Positions 1 through 11,890 of a stretch of 45,639 nucleotides of DNA are shown here, piece after piece. Position 1 is the first letter of the stretch; every line of letters begins with the position of its first letter. The stretch comes from Fidelibacterota bacterium (lineage in GTDB: Bacteria; Fidelibacterota; UBA2242): positions 1 to 45,639 of the forward strand of contig JAUVYH010000003.1 in the NCBI GenBank assembly GCA_030603165.1. The letters are read 5' to 3'. The notes beneath the pieces were generated by a model that saw nothing but the letters and a program-made list of their open reading frames with translations, searched no databases and was not told the DNA's origin. A program made the position numbers and the translations under genes.

Positions 1-1
1 G

Positions 2-190
2 GGTGATACGCTTTTTCAGGGCTCCGTTGGACGAACCGATCTCCCCGGAGGATCGATGAAGCAGCTCGGTGATAGCTTAAAACGCTTAAGCCGATTACCG
101 GAAGATACTCAGGTATATCCCGGTCACGGAGAGATTACATCTATCAAAAGAGAACTCGAGACAAATCCTTATGTAAAAGAAGTACTCTAA
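2..190 (+). CDS. MBL-fold metallo-hydrolase (glyoxalase II/YcbL-like), 3' partial
   Basis: Manual translation of frame 2: [18 protein letters not shown]...VYPGHG...[12 protein letters not shown]; the GDTLF/GRTD/PGHG motifs are typical of the family. Confidence 0.9.
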   Translation, partial: GDTLFQGSVGRTDLPGGSMKQLGDSLKRLSRLPEDTQVYPGHGEITSIKRELETNPYVKEVL

Positions 191-200
191 TTTAGCTCAC

Positions 201-1601
201 ATGACAGATTTATACGATCAATTCTCTACGTTTATTACTCAGAACCAACTAATCCAAAATAATAGTACGGTTATTGTTGGTGTTTCAGGCGGAGTAGATT
301 CGATGGCATTGCTGCATCTTTTACTTCATTACGGAAAAGACGCAAATTTACAAATCGTGGCAGTCCACCTGAATCATTCACTGCGGGGAAAGGCTGCCGA
401 TCATGATGAAACGACAGTAAGCGAGTTCTGTCAATCGAAGACTTGCCCATTTTATTCGAAAAAGATTGATGTCAAACAGTACGCTAAGAAGAATAAATTG
501 TCACTTGAAATGGCTGGACGTAAAATTAGATATGCTTTATTTAATGAAGTTGCCCAATCTTACACCGGTTCGCTAGTTGCTACGGCACATACATTAGATG
601 ATCAGGTTGAGACTATTTTACTCAGAATCATCAAAGGTACAGGACTCAGAGGTCTCCGGGGAATTCAGATCAAGCGGGATAATGTCATCCGTCCCCTTCT
701 CTTTGCAGCATAAGAAGATAGTTACCAATATGCAAAACAACACAAGATTCCCTATCATGAAGACCGGACAAACCTCGATATTTCAATACCGAGGAATTTC
801 ATTCGGCAGACGTTAATTCCATCAATCCGATCAAGCACAAATCCATCATTGGAGAAATCGATCCTGCAATTATCTTCAATCGCTTCAGACGCCAATCATT
901 TTATCGAAGATGCTGCTCAAAACGCTTTAAAACGCTGTTTGTCCCGCCAATCTTCAAGAGAAATTGCCCTTGATATTTCTCGTCTAAAAAGGTATTTTAC
1001 AGCTGTAAAAATTGAAGTGATTCGGGAATGCATTGCACAACTAAATAACCCCGATTCACGGATTGATTATACTATGATGAACAATATCTTAAAACTTGCG
1101 GAAAATAGTCAAACCGGAAACCAGCTGAGGATAACAGCCGGTTTGCTTGCCTGTATCGACCGAAATGAATTGGTATTCGTGCGAAATAACGAACAAGAAT
1201 GGAAGACGTTTCAGATTATTCCCGGAAAGGAATACATCACCGGTTTTTTCCGGTTTCAAACAGAGATAGTCGAAAACCCTGATTTTTCGAAAGAGCGAGA
1301 TCATAAAGGAGTCGAATATATCGACCTGGATCGATTGGGTAGTCAGATAATTTTACGCCCCTGGAAAGAATCTGATCGGATAACTCCGTTAGGTGTAACC
1401 CATTCAAAGAAAATCAGTGATGTGTTCATCGACCAAAAAGTGCCCTTATACAAGAAAAAACATATTCCTATTCTTGTTTCCGACGATACAATCGTGTGGG
1501 TTTGCGGTCTCAAACTTTCTGAAAAATATAGAATCAGTCCTTCAACTAAAAGAGCATTAAAATTAATTTACGAGGAATTAGATATATGCCAAAAACAATG
1601 A
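201..1601 (+). CDS. tilS: tRNA(Ile)-lysidine synthetase, interrupted by a single in-frame TAA at 711-713 (sequence error or pseudogene)
   Basis: SGGVDS, AHTLDDQVET and RPLL motifs in ORF 201-713; the same frame continues after the TAA (EDSYQYAKQHKIPYHEDRTN...RNFIRQ) into ORF 849-1601, which has the TilS C-terminal domain; sits upstream of hpt-ftsH. Confidence 0.9.
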
Positions 1602-2155
1602 TCTTAGACGACAACTTTGGGAAATTCAGCGGATTGACCCTTCATGAACTGCTGCCTTACGAAAAAATTCAGGAACGAGTACGTGAATTAGCGTCAGATA
1701 TTTCAAAGGATTACCAGGGAACTACACCAATTTTAATCGGCGTACTGAATGGTTGTTTTGTCTTTTTCGCTGATCTTATCCGGGAATTGGATATTCATAC
1801 CGAAGTTGATTTTATCAAAATCTCCAGTTATGCTAATGAAACCAAAACCAGCGGAACCGTGAGGCTGCTTAAGGATATAAGTTGTGATATAACAGGTAGA
1901 GACGTAATAGTTATAGAGGATATCATCGACTCAGGTTTATCAATCAACTTTCTTAAGAAACGGCTTGAAGGCAGCGAAGCAAAATCTATTCGATTTGCGA
2001 CTTTATTAATAAAAGAATATACAAAACTGGATTTTGATATCGATTATATTGGGTTCACGATTCCCAATAAATTTGTCGTCGGTTGTGGTCTCGACCTTGC
2101 TCAAAAATTACGGAATTTAAAATCGATCTATTATTTAAAACAAGAAGGTAACTAA
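1586..2155 (+). CDS. hpt: Hypoxanthine phosphoribosyltransferase
   Basis: PRPP-binding motif [11 protein letters not shown]; FVVGCGLD; tilS-hpt-ftsH synteny. Confidence 0.95.
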   Translation: MPKTMILDDNFGKFSGLTLHELLPYEKIQERVRELASDISKDYQGTTPILIGVLNGCFVFFADLIRELDIHTEVDFIKISSYANETKTSGTVRLLKDISCDITGRDVIVIEDIIDSGLSINFLKKRLEGSEAKSIRFATLLIKEYTKLDFDIDYIGFTIPNKFVVGCGLDLAQKLRNLKSIYYLKQEGN

Positions 2156-4251
2156 TGAGAAAGTTTAATACATCTAATCGGACCAAAAGTCCAAAAAATA
2201 AAAAACAAAATAAACCTAAAATTCCACCGAAGGATAGCCTTACACGAAAAAAGAAAAAGACGCCACCCGACGATAATGAATTCAAGTGGAAAAAGGCTTC
2301 AAAAACTTCGTTAATGTGGATCGTAATAATTATCAGTTCGATCTTTTTGATCCAGATTCTCGGAACCGGATCCAGGGAAGAAGTCGTGATCGAATATTTT
2401 CAATATAAGGATCTGCTGGCAAACGGACAGATCAAAGAGGCGACAATTATTGAAAGAGAATTCCATGGTGTTCTAAAGGAAAAAGTAGCCCTGATTATCG
2501 GTGGCAGACCTGTTGATGTAGAAAAATTTTACTTCATCCTGCCTCCCGTTATTGACAAAGCCATGCTTGAAGAATGGGATGAGTTTAATCTTAAGTACAA
2601 TTTTAAAGAAAAGACTGTTGAATGGACCAGTTATTTATTTAACCTGCTACCTTGGTTACTTTTCATCGGAATCTGGCTTTTCTTCATGCGCCGGATGCAG
2701 GGACAAAATAACCGCGGAATATTTGGATTCGGAAAGAGCAAAGCCCGCTTATGGACGTCCGATCGCCCAAAATCATCATTTGCCGATGTAGCCGGTTGTG
2801 TCGAAGCAAAAGAGGAACTTCAGGAAATAATCGAATTTCTCAAATCTCCGGCTAAATTTTCCCGTCTTGGTGGAAAAATCCCTACGGGAGCGCTCCTGCT
2901 TGGTCCTCCCGGAACCGGTAAAACCCTTCTTGCCAAAGCCGTTGCCGGTGAAGCCAATGTTCCCTTTTTCAGCATCAGCGGCGCCGATTTTGTCGAAATG
3001 TTTGTGGGAGTAGGCGCATCCCGGGTGCGCGATCTTTTTGAACAGGGCAAGAAAAATGCACCCTGTATTATTTTTATCGATGAAATCGATGCTGTCGGTC
3101 GTCACCGCGGAGCCGGTCTCGGCGGCGGGCACGACGAACGAGAACAAACCCTGAACCAGCTCCTGGTTGAAATGGACGGATTCGATGAAAAAACCAATGT
3201 AATAATCATTGCCGCGACGAACCGACCCGATGTACTGGATTCCGCTCTACTGCGACCGGGACGTTTTGACCGGCAAATTGTGGTCGATGTACCAGATGTA
3301 AATGGGCGGGAAGGTATTCTCAAAGTTCACACCAAAAAAATTCCGTTATCTAAAGATATCAATCTTAATGTCTTAGCGAGAGGGACACCGGGACTTGTTG
3401 GCGCGGATTTGGCAAATCTCGTCAATGAAGCGGCGCTGTTAGCCGCGCGTAAAAATAAAAAATCCGTCGGCATGGAAGACTTTGAGGAAGCCAAAGATAA
3501 AGTAATGATGGGAGTTGAGCGTAAAAGCCTCCAGATTTCCGAGAAAGAACGGAACCTCACAGCGTATCATGAATCCGGACATGTGCTGGTTGCAATGAAC
3601 ATCCCGGAAGCCGATCCGATTCACAAAGTCACCATTATTCCTCGTGGAAGAGCGCTTGGTATTACCCATCAGTTACCGATGGATGAGCGACATAATTATT
3701 CACGTACATATATTAGTGGACGTCTGAGTATTTTACTTGGTGGACGCGCCGCCGAAAAAATTATCTTCAACGAACTCACAACCGGCGCGGGCAATGATAT
3801 CGAAAACGCAACGGAATTAGCCCGTAAGATGGTCTGTGAATGGGGTATGAGCGAGCGTCTTGGACCACTTACATTCGGAAAAAAGGATGAACAGATATTC
3901 TTAGGTCGGGAAATCGCCCAGCACCGGGACTTCAGTGAAGATACCGCAAAAATCATCGATGAAGAGGTTCGGAATATTGTAGAAGCGGCAGAAGAACAGG
4001 CATCAAAAATCCTCAAAGAAAATCTCCCTTCATTAAAATTACTTGCCGAATCGTTGCTTGAGCATGAAGTCCTTGACGGCGAGAATATAAAACGCATTTT
4101 AAAAGGCGAAAAAATTAAAAAAGTAAAGAAGAATAACTCTACCGTAAAAAAAGTATCCAAGCCCGTTAAACGAACCCGCAAACCGGTCGGTCCCCGTACG
4201 CGTATTGCAAAGAACCCAAAAGGAGATAAGGACTCTGCTAAGACAGCTTAA
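2155..4251 (+). CDS. ftsH: ATP-dependent zinc metalloprotease FtsH
   Basis: Two TM segments, Walker A GPPGTGKT, Walker B IIFIDEID, second region of homology, HESGH zinc motif. Confidence 0.98.
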   Translation: MRKFNTSNRTKSPKNKKQNKPKIPPKDSLTRKKKKTPPDDNEFKWKKASKTSLMWIVIIISSIFLIQILGTGSREEVVIEYFQYKDLLANGQIKEATIIEREFHGVLKEKVALIIGGRPVDVEKFYFILPPVIDKAMLEEWDEFNLKYNFKEKTVEWTSYLFNLLPWLLFIGIWLFFMRRMQGQNNRGIFGFGKSKARLWTSDRPKSSFADVAGCVEAKEELQEIIEFLKSPAKFSRLGGKIPTGALLLGPPGTGKTLLAKAVAGEANVPFFSISGADFVEMFVGVGASRVRDLFEQGKKNAPCIIFIDEIDAVGRHRGAGLGGGHDEREQTLNQLLVEMDGFDEKTNVIIIAATNRPDVLDSALLRPGRFDRQIVVDVPDVNGREGILKVHTKKIPLSKDINLNVLARGTPGLVGADLANLVNEAALLAARKNKKSVGMEDFEEAKDKVMMGVERKSLQISEKERNLTAYHESGHVLVAMNIPEADPIHKVTIIPRGRALGITHQLPMDERHNYSRTYISGRLSILLGGRAAEKIIFNELTTGAGNDIENATELARKMVCEWGMSERLGPLTFGKKDEQIFLGREIAQHRDFSEDTAKIIDEEVRNIVEAAEEQASKILKENLPSLKLLAESLLEHEVLDGENIKRILKGEKIKKVKKNNSTVKKVSKPVKRTRKPVGPRTRIAKNPKGDKDSAKTA

Positions 4252-5428
4252 GATAAATGATATTCCTCATTACATTGAGGAAATGAAGTCTCTCCCGGTA
4301 GATACCGGCGGCATTGCGATAATGGCGCCGAAAGGGGAATTTTATATTCTCAAAACCGATCCTATCTCCTGCCCCGCCGCCAATATTTTAAAACAACAGA
4401 TGCTCTCAGCAGGCGGCGAGTGTGCAGTTGCCAGAGGCGTAACCACATGTTCGGTTGATAAAGCGCCGACAATTTTATCCGGCGCCAGGAAACATTTTCT
4501 GCAATTGATCGACAGTTTGAAATATCAAGCCTTCGGTCTCTATAAACTCCAGGAGGAATTACAAGAATTCTTTACCGAAAGGCATATTCAATCGACAATT
4601 AATATCGGATCCGCTGTTTTTGATTTACGAAAAAAAACCCGTGTTATGGGAATCCTGAATGTAACCCCCGATTCCTTTTGCGATGGCGGCAAGCATCTTA
4701 AAGTTGAACAAGCGCTTTCTGCGGCATTGCAAATGATCGAAGATGGCGCCGATATTATCGATGTTGGTGGAGAATCGACTCGTCCGGGCGCTAATCCGGT
4801 TGACCTTGAGACTGAATTGAACAGAGTTATCCCGGTCATCAAAGCGATTAGGAAGAATTCCGATATTCCGATTTCTATCGATACGTATAAATCCGTTGTG
4901 GCGGAAGAAGCCCTAAAATCCGGCGCTGAATTAGTAAACGACATCAGCGGGCTTACATTCGATCCCGATATGGTGAAAATCATAAAACAGTACGACGCCG
5001 CCGTTGCTCTCATGCATATTAAGGGCACACCAAGAGATATGCAGAATGATCCGAAGTATGCCAATCTGATCGATGAGATTATGAAATTCTTATCGGAATC
5101 GATTCAGACAGCAATTAATTCCGGTATCACGAGAAATAAAATCATGATTGATCCTGGAATCGGCTTTGGTAAGACAGTGGAAGATAATTACAAAATTTTG
5201 AGATATCTAAGCGAATTTATATCATTGGGGCAGCCCATTCTGCTTGGATTATCCAGAAAATCGTTTATCGGGAAATTACTCGATCTTCCTGTTGATGAGC
5301 GGCTGGAAGGCAGCCTTGCAAGTATGGCAGCCGCGATTATGAACGGCGCCGGTATTGTTCGTGTCCACGATGTAAAAGAATCTGTCCGGGCTGTGAAAGT
5401 GGTGGATTCAATCCTGGGGAAAAAATAG
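4205..5428 (+). CDS. folP: Dihydropteroate synthase with ~140-aa N-terminal extension
   Basis: [32 protein letters not shown] and RVHDV motifs; start codon uncertain. Confidence 0.95.
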   Translation: MQRTQKEIRTLLRQLKINDIPHYIEEMKSLPVDTGGIAIMAPKGEFYILKTDPISCPAANILKQQMLSAGGECAVARGVTTCSVDKAPTILSGARKHFLQLIDSLKYQAFGLYKLQEELQEFFTERHIQSTINIGSAVFDLRKKTRVMGILNVTPDSFCDGGKHLKVEQALSAALQMIEDGADIIDVGGESTRPGANPVDLETELNRVIPVIKAIRKNSDIPISIDTYKSVVAEEALKSGAELVNDISGLTFDPDMVKIIKQYDAAVALMHIKGTPRDMQNDPKYANLIDEIMKFLSESIQTAINSGITRNKIMIDPGIGFGKTVEDNYKILRYLSEFISLGQPILLGLSRKSFIGKLLDLPVDERLEGSLASMAAAIMNGAGIVRVHDVKESVRAVKVVDSILGKK

Positions 5429-5429
5429 C

Positions 5430-6206
5430 ATGAACCTGTTTACAATAAAATTTATTACTGTAACGATCTGGGATGTTCTGGATATCCTAATTGTGTACTT
5501 TATTTTTCTAAAGCTATACCAGTTTTTCAAAGGCTCCCGTGCTTCTCAGATGATTTTCGGTCTTGCAATTATCCTGTTGCTGTCATTTCTGGCAAGAATT
5601 CTCAACTTGCAAAGCCTGTCATGGATAATGGGACATTTAAAAACTGTCTGGGTAATTGCCTTTGTAATTATATTTCAGCCGGAACTGCGTCGCATCCTGA
5701 TTCTAATCGGTCAGAGCCGGTTTTTAAGACGCTTTTTTGCCGAACCAAAATCAAAAACTATTGACGCCGTTATAGAATCCTCTTTGGAACTGGTCCGGCG
5801 AAAATGGGGTGGTATATTCGTCCTTGGAAGAGAAGCACGGATAAAATCCATCAGAGAAAATGCCACCGGTATCAATGCTGAAATATCCCCAAGTTTACTG
5901 ATCTCCATATTCAATCCGAGTAGCCCATTACACGATGGAGCCGTGATCATTCAAAATGATATCATTGAAGCAGCCGGAGCCATCTTACCGCTGTCGGACA
6001 ATCCTGACCTCGACCCGCTTTTAGGAACACGACATCGCGCCGCTTTAGGATTATCAGAAGAATCAGACGCTGTGATCGTGGTAGTTTCCGAGGAGACCCA
6101 GAAGATCGCACTCGCTTATCAGGGCATGTTTTATCGCAGTGTTGATGAAGATACGCTCAGAGGATTGTTAAATAAATTATTCTTTATCGGCAATGAAAAA
6201 CGGTAA
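5430..6206 (+). CDS. cdaA: Diadenylate cyclase CdaA/DacA
   Basis: Three N-terminal TM helices; LHDGA and GTRHRAA motifs; VVSEETQ. Confidence 0.95.
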   Translation: MNLFTIKFITVTIWDVLDILIVYFIFLKLYQFFKGSRASQMIFGLAIILLLSFLARILNLQSLSWIMGHLKTVWVIAFVIIFQPELRRILILIGQSRFLRRFFAEPKSKTIDAVIESSLELVRRKWGGIFVLGREARIKSIRENATGINAEISPSLLISIFNPSSPLHDGAVIIQNDIIEAAGAILPLSDNPDLDPLLGTRHRAALGLSEESDAVIVVVSEETQKIALAYQGMFYRSVDEDTLRGLLNKLFFIGNEKR

Positions 6207-6371
6207 ATACGGGCTTGGAAAGTAAAACAAACACTTTTAACCCGTTAAATGCGGAGCATATTTAACTGGGTCCTGTTTGTTCAAGTTACAGGGTATCACT
6301 TCAAGTAAAACAAACACTCTTGTTTGTTCAGGATTCATCCTCGATCCGCAGCGATGTTACGGAAATACCTA

Positions 6372-6759
6372 TACCGACTAAAGTCGGAAACATGGTGCGA
6401 ACCTTTACCCCCCCCCCGGATAAATCCGGGGGTTAATTTTTACGACTCGTCTCAATGCTCAAGCGTTGATACGGAACTGCTCTTTTTCGTGCTGATTTTA
6501 GATGTGCCGGAGCAAACATTAACCACCCAATTTATTGGGTGGGCGCTGCGAGCACTAACAACAAACCTCCGAATTCATTCGGGTAACTTACCGACTAAAG
6601 TCGGAAACATGGCGCGTCGCCTTCATCCCCCCGGATAAATCCGGGGGTTAATCTTTACCACTTGTTTCGATGCTCCTGCGTTGAGATAGAACTACTCAAA
6701 TCTTTCTTTGTGTCACCGCAGGAGCGGAGACACGAGTAAACAATTTTTAGATGTGCCGG
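6372..6759 (+). repeat. Tandem copies (partial 6372-6510, full 6511-6759) of a four-hairpin non-autonomous element
   Basis: Hairpins ccacccaat-tt-attgggtgg, ccgaat-tc-attcgg, ccgact-aa-agtcgg and ccccggat-aa-atccgggg, then tttagatgtgccgg; the same element occurs inverted at 31441, 38772 and 39346. Confidence 0.9.
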
Positions 6760-6770
6760 AGCAAGCAAAA

Positions 6771-6803
6771 AACCTTCCGAAGGTTCGGAACCTTCGGAAG
6801 GTT
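6771..6803. repeat. REP-like palindrome doublet
   Basis: aaccttccgaaggtt-cgg-aaccttcggaaggtt; single copy also at ~38773. Confidence 0.8.
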
Positions 6804-6927
6804 GACGGACAATGACGATAAAAAAAACCATAGAAAAAACTATAGATTTTTTTCCAGATGTGTTAAGTTAATAACGATTATTATGAATAACTATTTATCA
6901 TGGAGACACACAGAATACAAATTTTGT

Positions 6928-6995
6928 TATACCTGTCAGGTTTACAAAATTATTTGCATCTTATGGAAAAATATCTAATAAACCTGACAGGTATA
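6928..6995. repeat. REP doublet (REPIN-like) with 17-bp inverted arms
   Basis: tatacctgtcaggttta (6928-6944) and taaacctgacaggtata (6979-6995); same family at 38893-38958. Confidence 0.85.
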
Positions 6996-7009
6996 GAGGG
7001 AGACATTTC

Positions 7010-10000
7010 TTGCGCAATTCAGTATATGTCTTAATTATCAATATACTTTTATTGATTTCGATTTTTAATCGCTTCGGTTTTTCAAATTCTCAATATATAA
7101 AAACCAAACAGCCGGTTACTTATTCAGACACATGGCTGGACGACAATAGCTGGATATGGCGGGCGCATTTAAATTCACCCGATTTTCATTATTCACCGGA
7201 CAATGAAATTACACTAAGCGTTGAACAGCTTGATAATGATAGCCGGATAGGATACCCTTCACTCCCTCGCTTCGTTAAATTGTTCAATGCGCTACCGGAA
7301 GATATCACATTCCATACAAGCGGGAAAAATCTGATAATAATTCCGCTACCAGCTGAGATAGAACGGTTTACCGATATTTCAAAACCTGATCTGGAAAGTG
7401 TAGATCAGATACAAAACTATCCGGCAATCACGACCGAAATATACCCAAAAGAAGTTGTTTCGATCTCGTTTGTCGGGGATGTCGATAATATCCCGCTGAC
7501 CCGCTTGACTGTTTATCCATACCAATTAATTGCAAATGGAAAACAATTGAGATACTATCAGGATTTATCGGTATCCGTATCAATTACTGAAAACAACAAC
7601 CTTACAGCCATTCAAAATCCTAAAAAGAATCCTTTTCTCCGGTCAATCGGGCTGGATGAAAATATATTACGAATCAAACGGGATCGTCGCTTTGCTAAAT
7701 CCGCCGCTCATGATCTATTCGGGAAAGAATTGATGCGGATCGTCGTCGAAAAAGATGGTATCTATCGAATCAGTAAAAGCGTATTAATTGACAGCGGGGC
7801 GGTAATTAGCCGTGTTGATCCACGCACTTTTCAGATGTTTAATAATGGACATGAGGTCCCGATATTTGTCAATGGCGAATCCGACGGTTCATTTAATAAA
7901 TCGGATTATATCGAATTTTACGGACAACGACACCGCAATAGCGTCGGCAATTATGAATACGATCCTTTCACGGATAAAAATGTTTACTTCCTGACCTGGG
8001 GCGAAAAAAACGGACTGCGCTACGCCGAAGAATCTGCAAAGGCGACGGTGCCATCCAGCGAGGCAATTATCCCTGTTGATTATTATTATACACTGCATTA
8101 TGAAGAAAATAATTATTTTGACAGGTTGGGCAAAGTCGATACTCACCTTCCCTCCCACGCCCGTGACCACTGGTTTTTCAACGGCGGCATTAATGGCGGT
8201 ACGACCCAGAGTAATACATTTCAATTAATTCATCCCAACCAAAACACCGTAAAACGGTTCCAAATCGAAGTCGGCATGCACGGTTTGACCTACCAGGAAG
8301 GCGATCATACTGTCACTATTCATATCAATGACAAATATGCCGCAACGGACAGCTGGAATGATCAAGTTCCTTATGTAATTAAAAACGCCGAAAGCCAGGT
8401 GCTTCAGAACCGGTTTTTGGTAAATGGCGATAATAAAATCCAGCTGGCGGTCGCCGGCGACGACCCGACGAACAGATACGATAAAGTGCTCTTTGATTAT
8501 TTAAAAGTCCACTATCACCGATTATATCGCGCTTTTAATGACAGGATCGACTTCACCCGACCTCTCGCAATGCCAAATGGACGCTATCACTTTAAAATAG
8601 ATAATTTTGACGATCCGGATATTTCAATATATAAAATCGGAAAAAGTAAGCTGCGTGATTTCAGCGTCGAGTATAATACCAGGACAAAGAATTATTCCGT
8701 TCTGGTAGAAGATAATATATATGATGAAAGCACATTTTATTTTGCCGCATCTGCTGAAGGTATGATGAATACGGTTTCGATCCAGCCGGATACGATTTTT
8801 AATATTGCCAATAATGATATCGGCAGCGACCTGCTGATTATCACGGATCACAAGTGGAAGTACAACCTGTCAAAACTGCTTAAATTCTATCGTGATATAA
8901 ATATTGAAGCCCAGGTAGTAAGCATTCGGGATATTTATAATGAGTTTAACAATGGTATTATAAGTCCATACGCATTAAAAAAATACTTCGCTCATATACA
9001 TGAAAATTGGACTCACAAACCTGAATATGTACTCTTAATTGGCGATGCAAAAATTAAAGAGGAAGAATCAGTCCCGGCGTTTTTCTTTCAATCCTACAAA
9101 TACGGCGCATGTTCGGCAGATCATTGGTACGTTGTAGTCGATGAAGAGACGCACATCCCGGAATTCTCAATCGGGCGCTTGCCTGTTTCAACTGATGAGG
9201 AATTGGATTTACTGATTGATAAGCGTATCAATTATTCAAAAAATTCGCCGGTAGATCAATGGCGGAACGAGTTGCTTTTCATCGCCGGTTTTGAAGATGC
9301 GTTCAAAAATCAATCGGAGGATATAATCAACCGCCGGGTTCCCAAAGAATTCAGCATAAACAGGATATATATCAACCCGTCTTCGGTAAAAACACCGTTC
9401 TGGGGCGGTTCGGACACGTTGATATATCTTTTGAATAACGGGCTAACGCTTGTGAATTTCATGGGACACGGCGGCGGCGCTGTATGGTCGGATAGATCAC
9501 TATTTAATTCATCTCACATTCCAGATTTGGAGAACATTGAGAAGCTCCCGTTTATGACGAGTATGACCTGTTTTACCGGTGATTTTGCGAATATGACCGG
9601 GTTGGGAGAACATCTGCTTCTGGCTGAAAACGGGGGCTCAATCGGTTTGTGGGGCGCTTCCGGCGTCGGCTGGATCAAGAATGATTACCTGCTGGCAAAA
9701 CCGTTCTATGACGCCATATTTGAACCGGGTATCAGCGTCGGGAAAGCCATTCAATCGGCAAAAACTTCCTATCTTACCCAGTATTACTCTGACTATCTTA
9801 AACTTTCTATGGTCTATTCCTACAATCTGATCGGCGATCCGACTATCAACTTACCATTTCCTGAGCAACAATCAACTCTTACCGTAAACGAAGACAACCC
9901 GGTTGCCGGACAAGAGATCACAATATCCGGGACGTTACCGTTTGAAAGCGGAGACATATATACACAACTGTACGATTCAAGTACATATAGAGTTTTTTCC

Positions 10001-11890
10001 GAACCGATATTTCAGTCATTCAGCAATTCCTTTATAGAAGAGATAATTCAGTTACCGGACGAGGACGATATTAATCCTGGGAATACTTTTATTAATTATT
10101 ACTTCCGGAATTCGGACCATTCAGACGACGGACACGGCGTCACATTACTAAGTATTCAGGGGCTGAACTTCTACGGATTTCAGGTTCAGCCTGCAAATCC
10201 CGGAAAAAATGATCCTATAACATTTTCCATAAAAACCGAATCAGCTGATATTAGTGAAATGATATGTGAAATCGACACCTCGACTACATGCAGTAAATAT
10301 CTGGACGCCAGCGGAATTGAACAGATATTCAGTTTTCCGGATAGCGGATATTTTATCCAACAACAAATGATTCGGGATTCTCAGGATGACCGGCTGTGGA
10401 ATATCCAAAATCCTATTTCCATAGGAACACCCGGTAAATTAGTTGGGGTCCGATTCATTGCGGAAGATAATCAACAAAAGCAGACCACCAGTTCAGTATT
10501 TTCAATAAAGATCAAACACATGCCTGATTTCAGTCCGGTTAGTATTCATCAGAAAGGTGAAACATTTCCAGAACTGGTTGTAACTGTCAATTATTTCGGT
10601 GATGACACCCTGAACGTAAATTCTTCCGTTTTCAAGATAGAAGGCGGCAATGATATTCTTTTTAGAAATAAGTCATTTCAACTGACCCCAAATCATAAAT
10701 CATTTGTCTCTTTCCCCGGAATACTCGGACAAGGTTGGAAACTCTTCAAAGTCGTTTTAGACCCTCAGAATCGCATTCCTGAAAGCAACGAGTCGAACAA
10801 TATTTTAATCGATTCTCTATTTATTTCCACCTATCCGCTTCTGACAAATATCGGAACTTCCGTGGATGGTGTTAATCAAGATACAATTACCTGGGATAGA
10901 TTTTCTTTTTATCTGGAGCCGAACTGCGTTGCCGATTCTTCGGTAATAAACATCTCAAGCAGCGCTTGCGGCGCCATTATCAACCAACCTGCCTATTCGC
11001 ATTTACCGATTGAATCAGACGGTCAATCTGTCGCCGTCAATATCTCAATTCCGACACTCACGGATACTTTACTCCAGCCGTTGTGGATTGGAATTTCACC
11101 CGGTGACAGTATCGATGAAACGGCGTCGATTGGTCGCTGGGATCCTTTTTTAAAAATCTGGATTAAAGAAAAAACTACATACCAAAATTCTCTCTATTCG
11201 GCAAAAACGAGCAAACCGGGTAAATTTACCTTAATTAGTTGTCAGGATTCCGAACCTCCCAAACTCGAATTAAGTCTCGACGGTCAGCAATTTTTCCAGA
11301 ATTCCTATGTATCCCGGGAACCAAATATTTCAATAATCGGCGAAGATCAAAACGGGGTTCTTTTCGACGCAAAAGGTGTAAGTGTCAAATTAGATGGAAC
11401 TAATATAAATTTTTCCGAACTGAATATTCCGGATACACTTATAAATGGAAATTATGTATCCGCACAGTTCCGACCTAAACTCGATTACGGCGATCACGAA
11501 ATTGAAGTCAGGCTGAGCGACGCCGCCGGTAATATAACCGGTGATGAAATTCTGTTTACGGTCAGCGATGAACTAAAACTGATCGATTATGGAAATTATC
11601 CGAATCCATTCAAAGACCGGACTACATTTATTTACGAACTTACACGACGGGTTGAAAAATTTAAAATAAAAATTTACACACCATCGGGACGATTGATAAA
11701 AGTGTTGGAAGAATCCACTATTTTCAGCTCCGGCTTGGATATGAACGAAGGTGGATACCACGAAATTATGTGGAACGGACTCGATGATGACGGCAACTTC
11801 ATTGCCAACGGCGTCTATTTTTATAAGATGAGCGCCAAAAGCCGTGATAAGACAGTAAGCTCTATTGGAAAGATCGCCAAAGCACGATGA
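7010..11890 (+). CDS. Peptidase C25 (gingipain/PorU-like) with CARDB-like and FlgD-Ig-type C-terminal domains
   Basis: YVLLIGD, IGRLPV, NFMGHG (His), SMTCFTG (Cys) and YNLIGDP motifs; C-terminus NYPNPF...WNGLDDDGNFIANGVYFY; precedes a PorV-like gene. Confidence 0.85.
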   Translation: MRNSVYVLIINILLLISIFNRFGFSNSQYIKTKQPVTYSDTWLDDNSWIWRAHLNSPDFHYSPDNEITLSVEQLDNDSRIGYPSLPRFVKLFNALPEDITFHTSGKNLIIIPLPAEIERFTDISKPDLESVDQIQNYPAITTEIYPKEVVSISFVGDVDNIPLTRLTVYPYQLIANGKQLRYYQDLSVSVSITENNNLTAIQNPKKNPFLRSIGLDENILRIKRDRRFAKSAAHDLFGKELMRIVVEKDGIYRISKSVLIDSGAVISRVDPRTFQMFNNGHEVPIFVNGESDGSFNKSDYIEFYGQRHRNSVGNYEYDPFTDKNVYFLTWGEKNGLRYAEESAKATVPSSEAIIPVDYYYTLHYEENNYFDRLGKVDTHLPSHARDHWFFNGGINGGTTQSNTFQLIHPNQNTVKRFQIEVGMHGLTYQEGDHTVTIHINDKYAATDSWNDQVPYVIKNAESQVLQNRFLVNGDNKIQLAVAGDDPTNRYDKVLFDYLKVHYHRLYRAFNDRIDFTRPLAMPNGRYHFKIDNFDDPDISIYKIGKSKLRDFSVEYNTRTKNYSVLVEDNIYDESTFYFAASAEGMMNTVSIQPDTIFNIANNDIGSDLLIITDHKWKYNLSKLLKFYRDINIEAQVVSIRDIYNEFNNGIISPYALKKYFAHIHENWTHKPEYVLLIGDAKIKEEESVPAFFFQSYKYGACSADHWYVVVDEETHIPEFSIGRLPVSTDEELDLLIDKRINYSKNSPVDQWRNELLFIAGFEDAFKNQSEDIINRRVPKEFSINRIYINPSSVKTPFWGGSDTLIYLLNNGLTLVNFMGHGGGAVWSDRSLFNSSHIPDLENIEKLPFMTSMTCFTGDFANMTGLGEHLLLAENGGSIGLWGASGVGWIKNDYLLAKPFYDAIFEPGISVGKAIQSAKTSYLTQYYSDYLKLSMVYSYNLIGDPTINLPFPEQQSTLTVNEDNPVAGQEITISGTLPFESGDIYTQLYDSSTYRVFSEPIFQSFSNSFIEEIIQLPDEDDINPGNTFINYYFRNSDHSDDGHGVTLLSIQGLNFYGFQVQPANPGKNDPITFSIKTESADISEMICEIDTSTTCSKYLDASGIEQIFSFPDSGYFIQQQMIRDSQDDRLWNIQNPISIGTPGKLVGVRFIAEDNQQKQTTSSVFSIKIKHMPDFSPVSIHQKGETFPELVVTVNYFGDDTLNVNSSVFKIEGGNDILFRNKSFQLTPNHKSFVSFPGILGQGWKLFKVVLDPQNRIPESNESNNILIDSLFISTYPLLTNIGTSVDGVNQDTITWDRFSFYLEPNCVADSSVINISSSACGAIINQPAYSHLPIESDGQSVAVNISIPTLTDTLLQPLWIGISPGDSIDETASIGRWDPFLKIWIKEKTTYQNSLYSAKTSKPGKFTLISCQDSEPPKLELSLDGQQFFQNSYVSREPNISIIGEDQNGVLFDAKGVSVKLDGTNINFSELNIPDTLINGNYVSAQFRPKLDYGDHEIEVRLSDAAGNITGDEILFTVSDELKLIDYGNYPNPFKDRTTFIYELTRRVEKFKIKIYTPSGRLIKVLEESTIFSSGLDMNEGGYHEIMWNGLDDDGNFIANGVYFYKMSAKSRDKTVSSIGKIAKAR

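Noticed and set aside
711-713. Stop-codon reassignment as the explanation for the tilS TAA and for the TGA codons near 36.04 kb
   Set aside because: TAA, TAG and TGA all end genes normally in this window and RF2 is intact; the TGA cases lie in a decayed duplicate.
6220-6330. 16-bp direct repeat aagtaaaacaaacact at 6220 and 6303
   Set aside because: Only two AT-rich copies with no other support; I cannot distinguish an operator from a local duplication.
6324-6978. ORFs 6324-6638 and 6751-6978 (likewise 39084-39401, 39450-39728 and 39574-39828)
   Set aside because: They run through palindromic repeats or overlap real genes and show no protein-family motifs.
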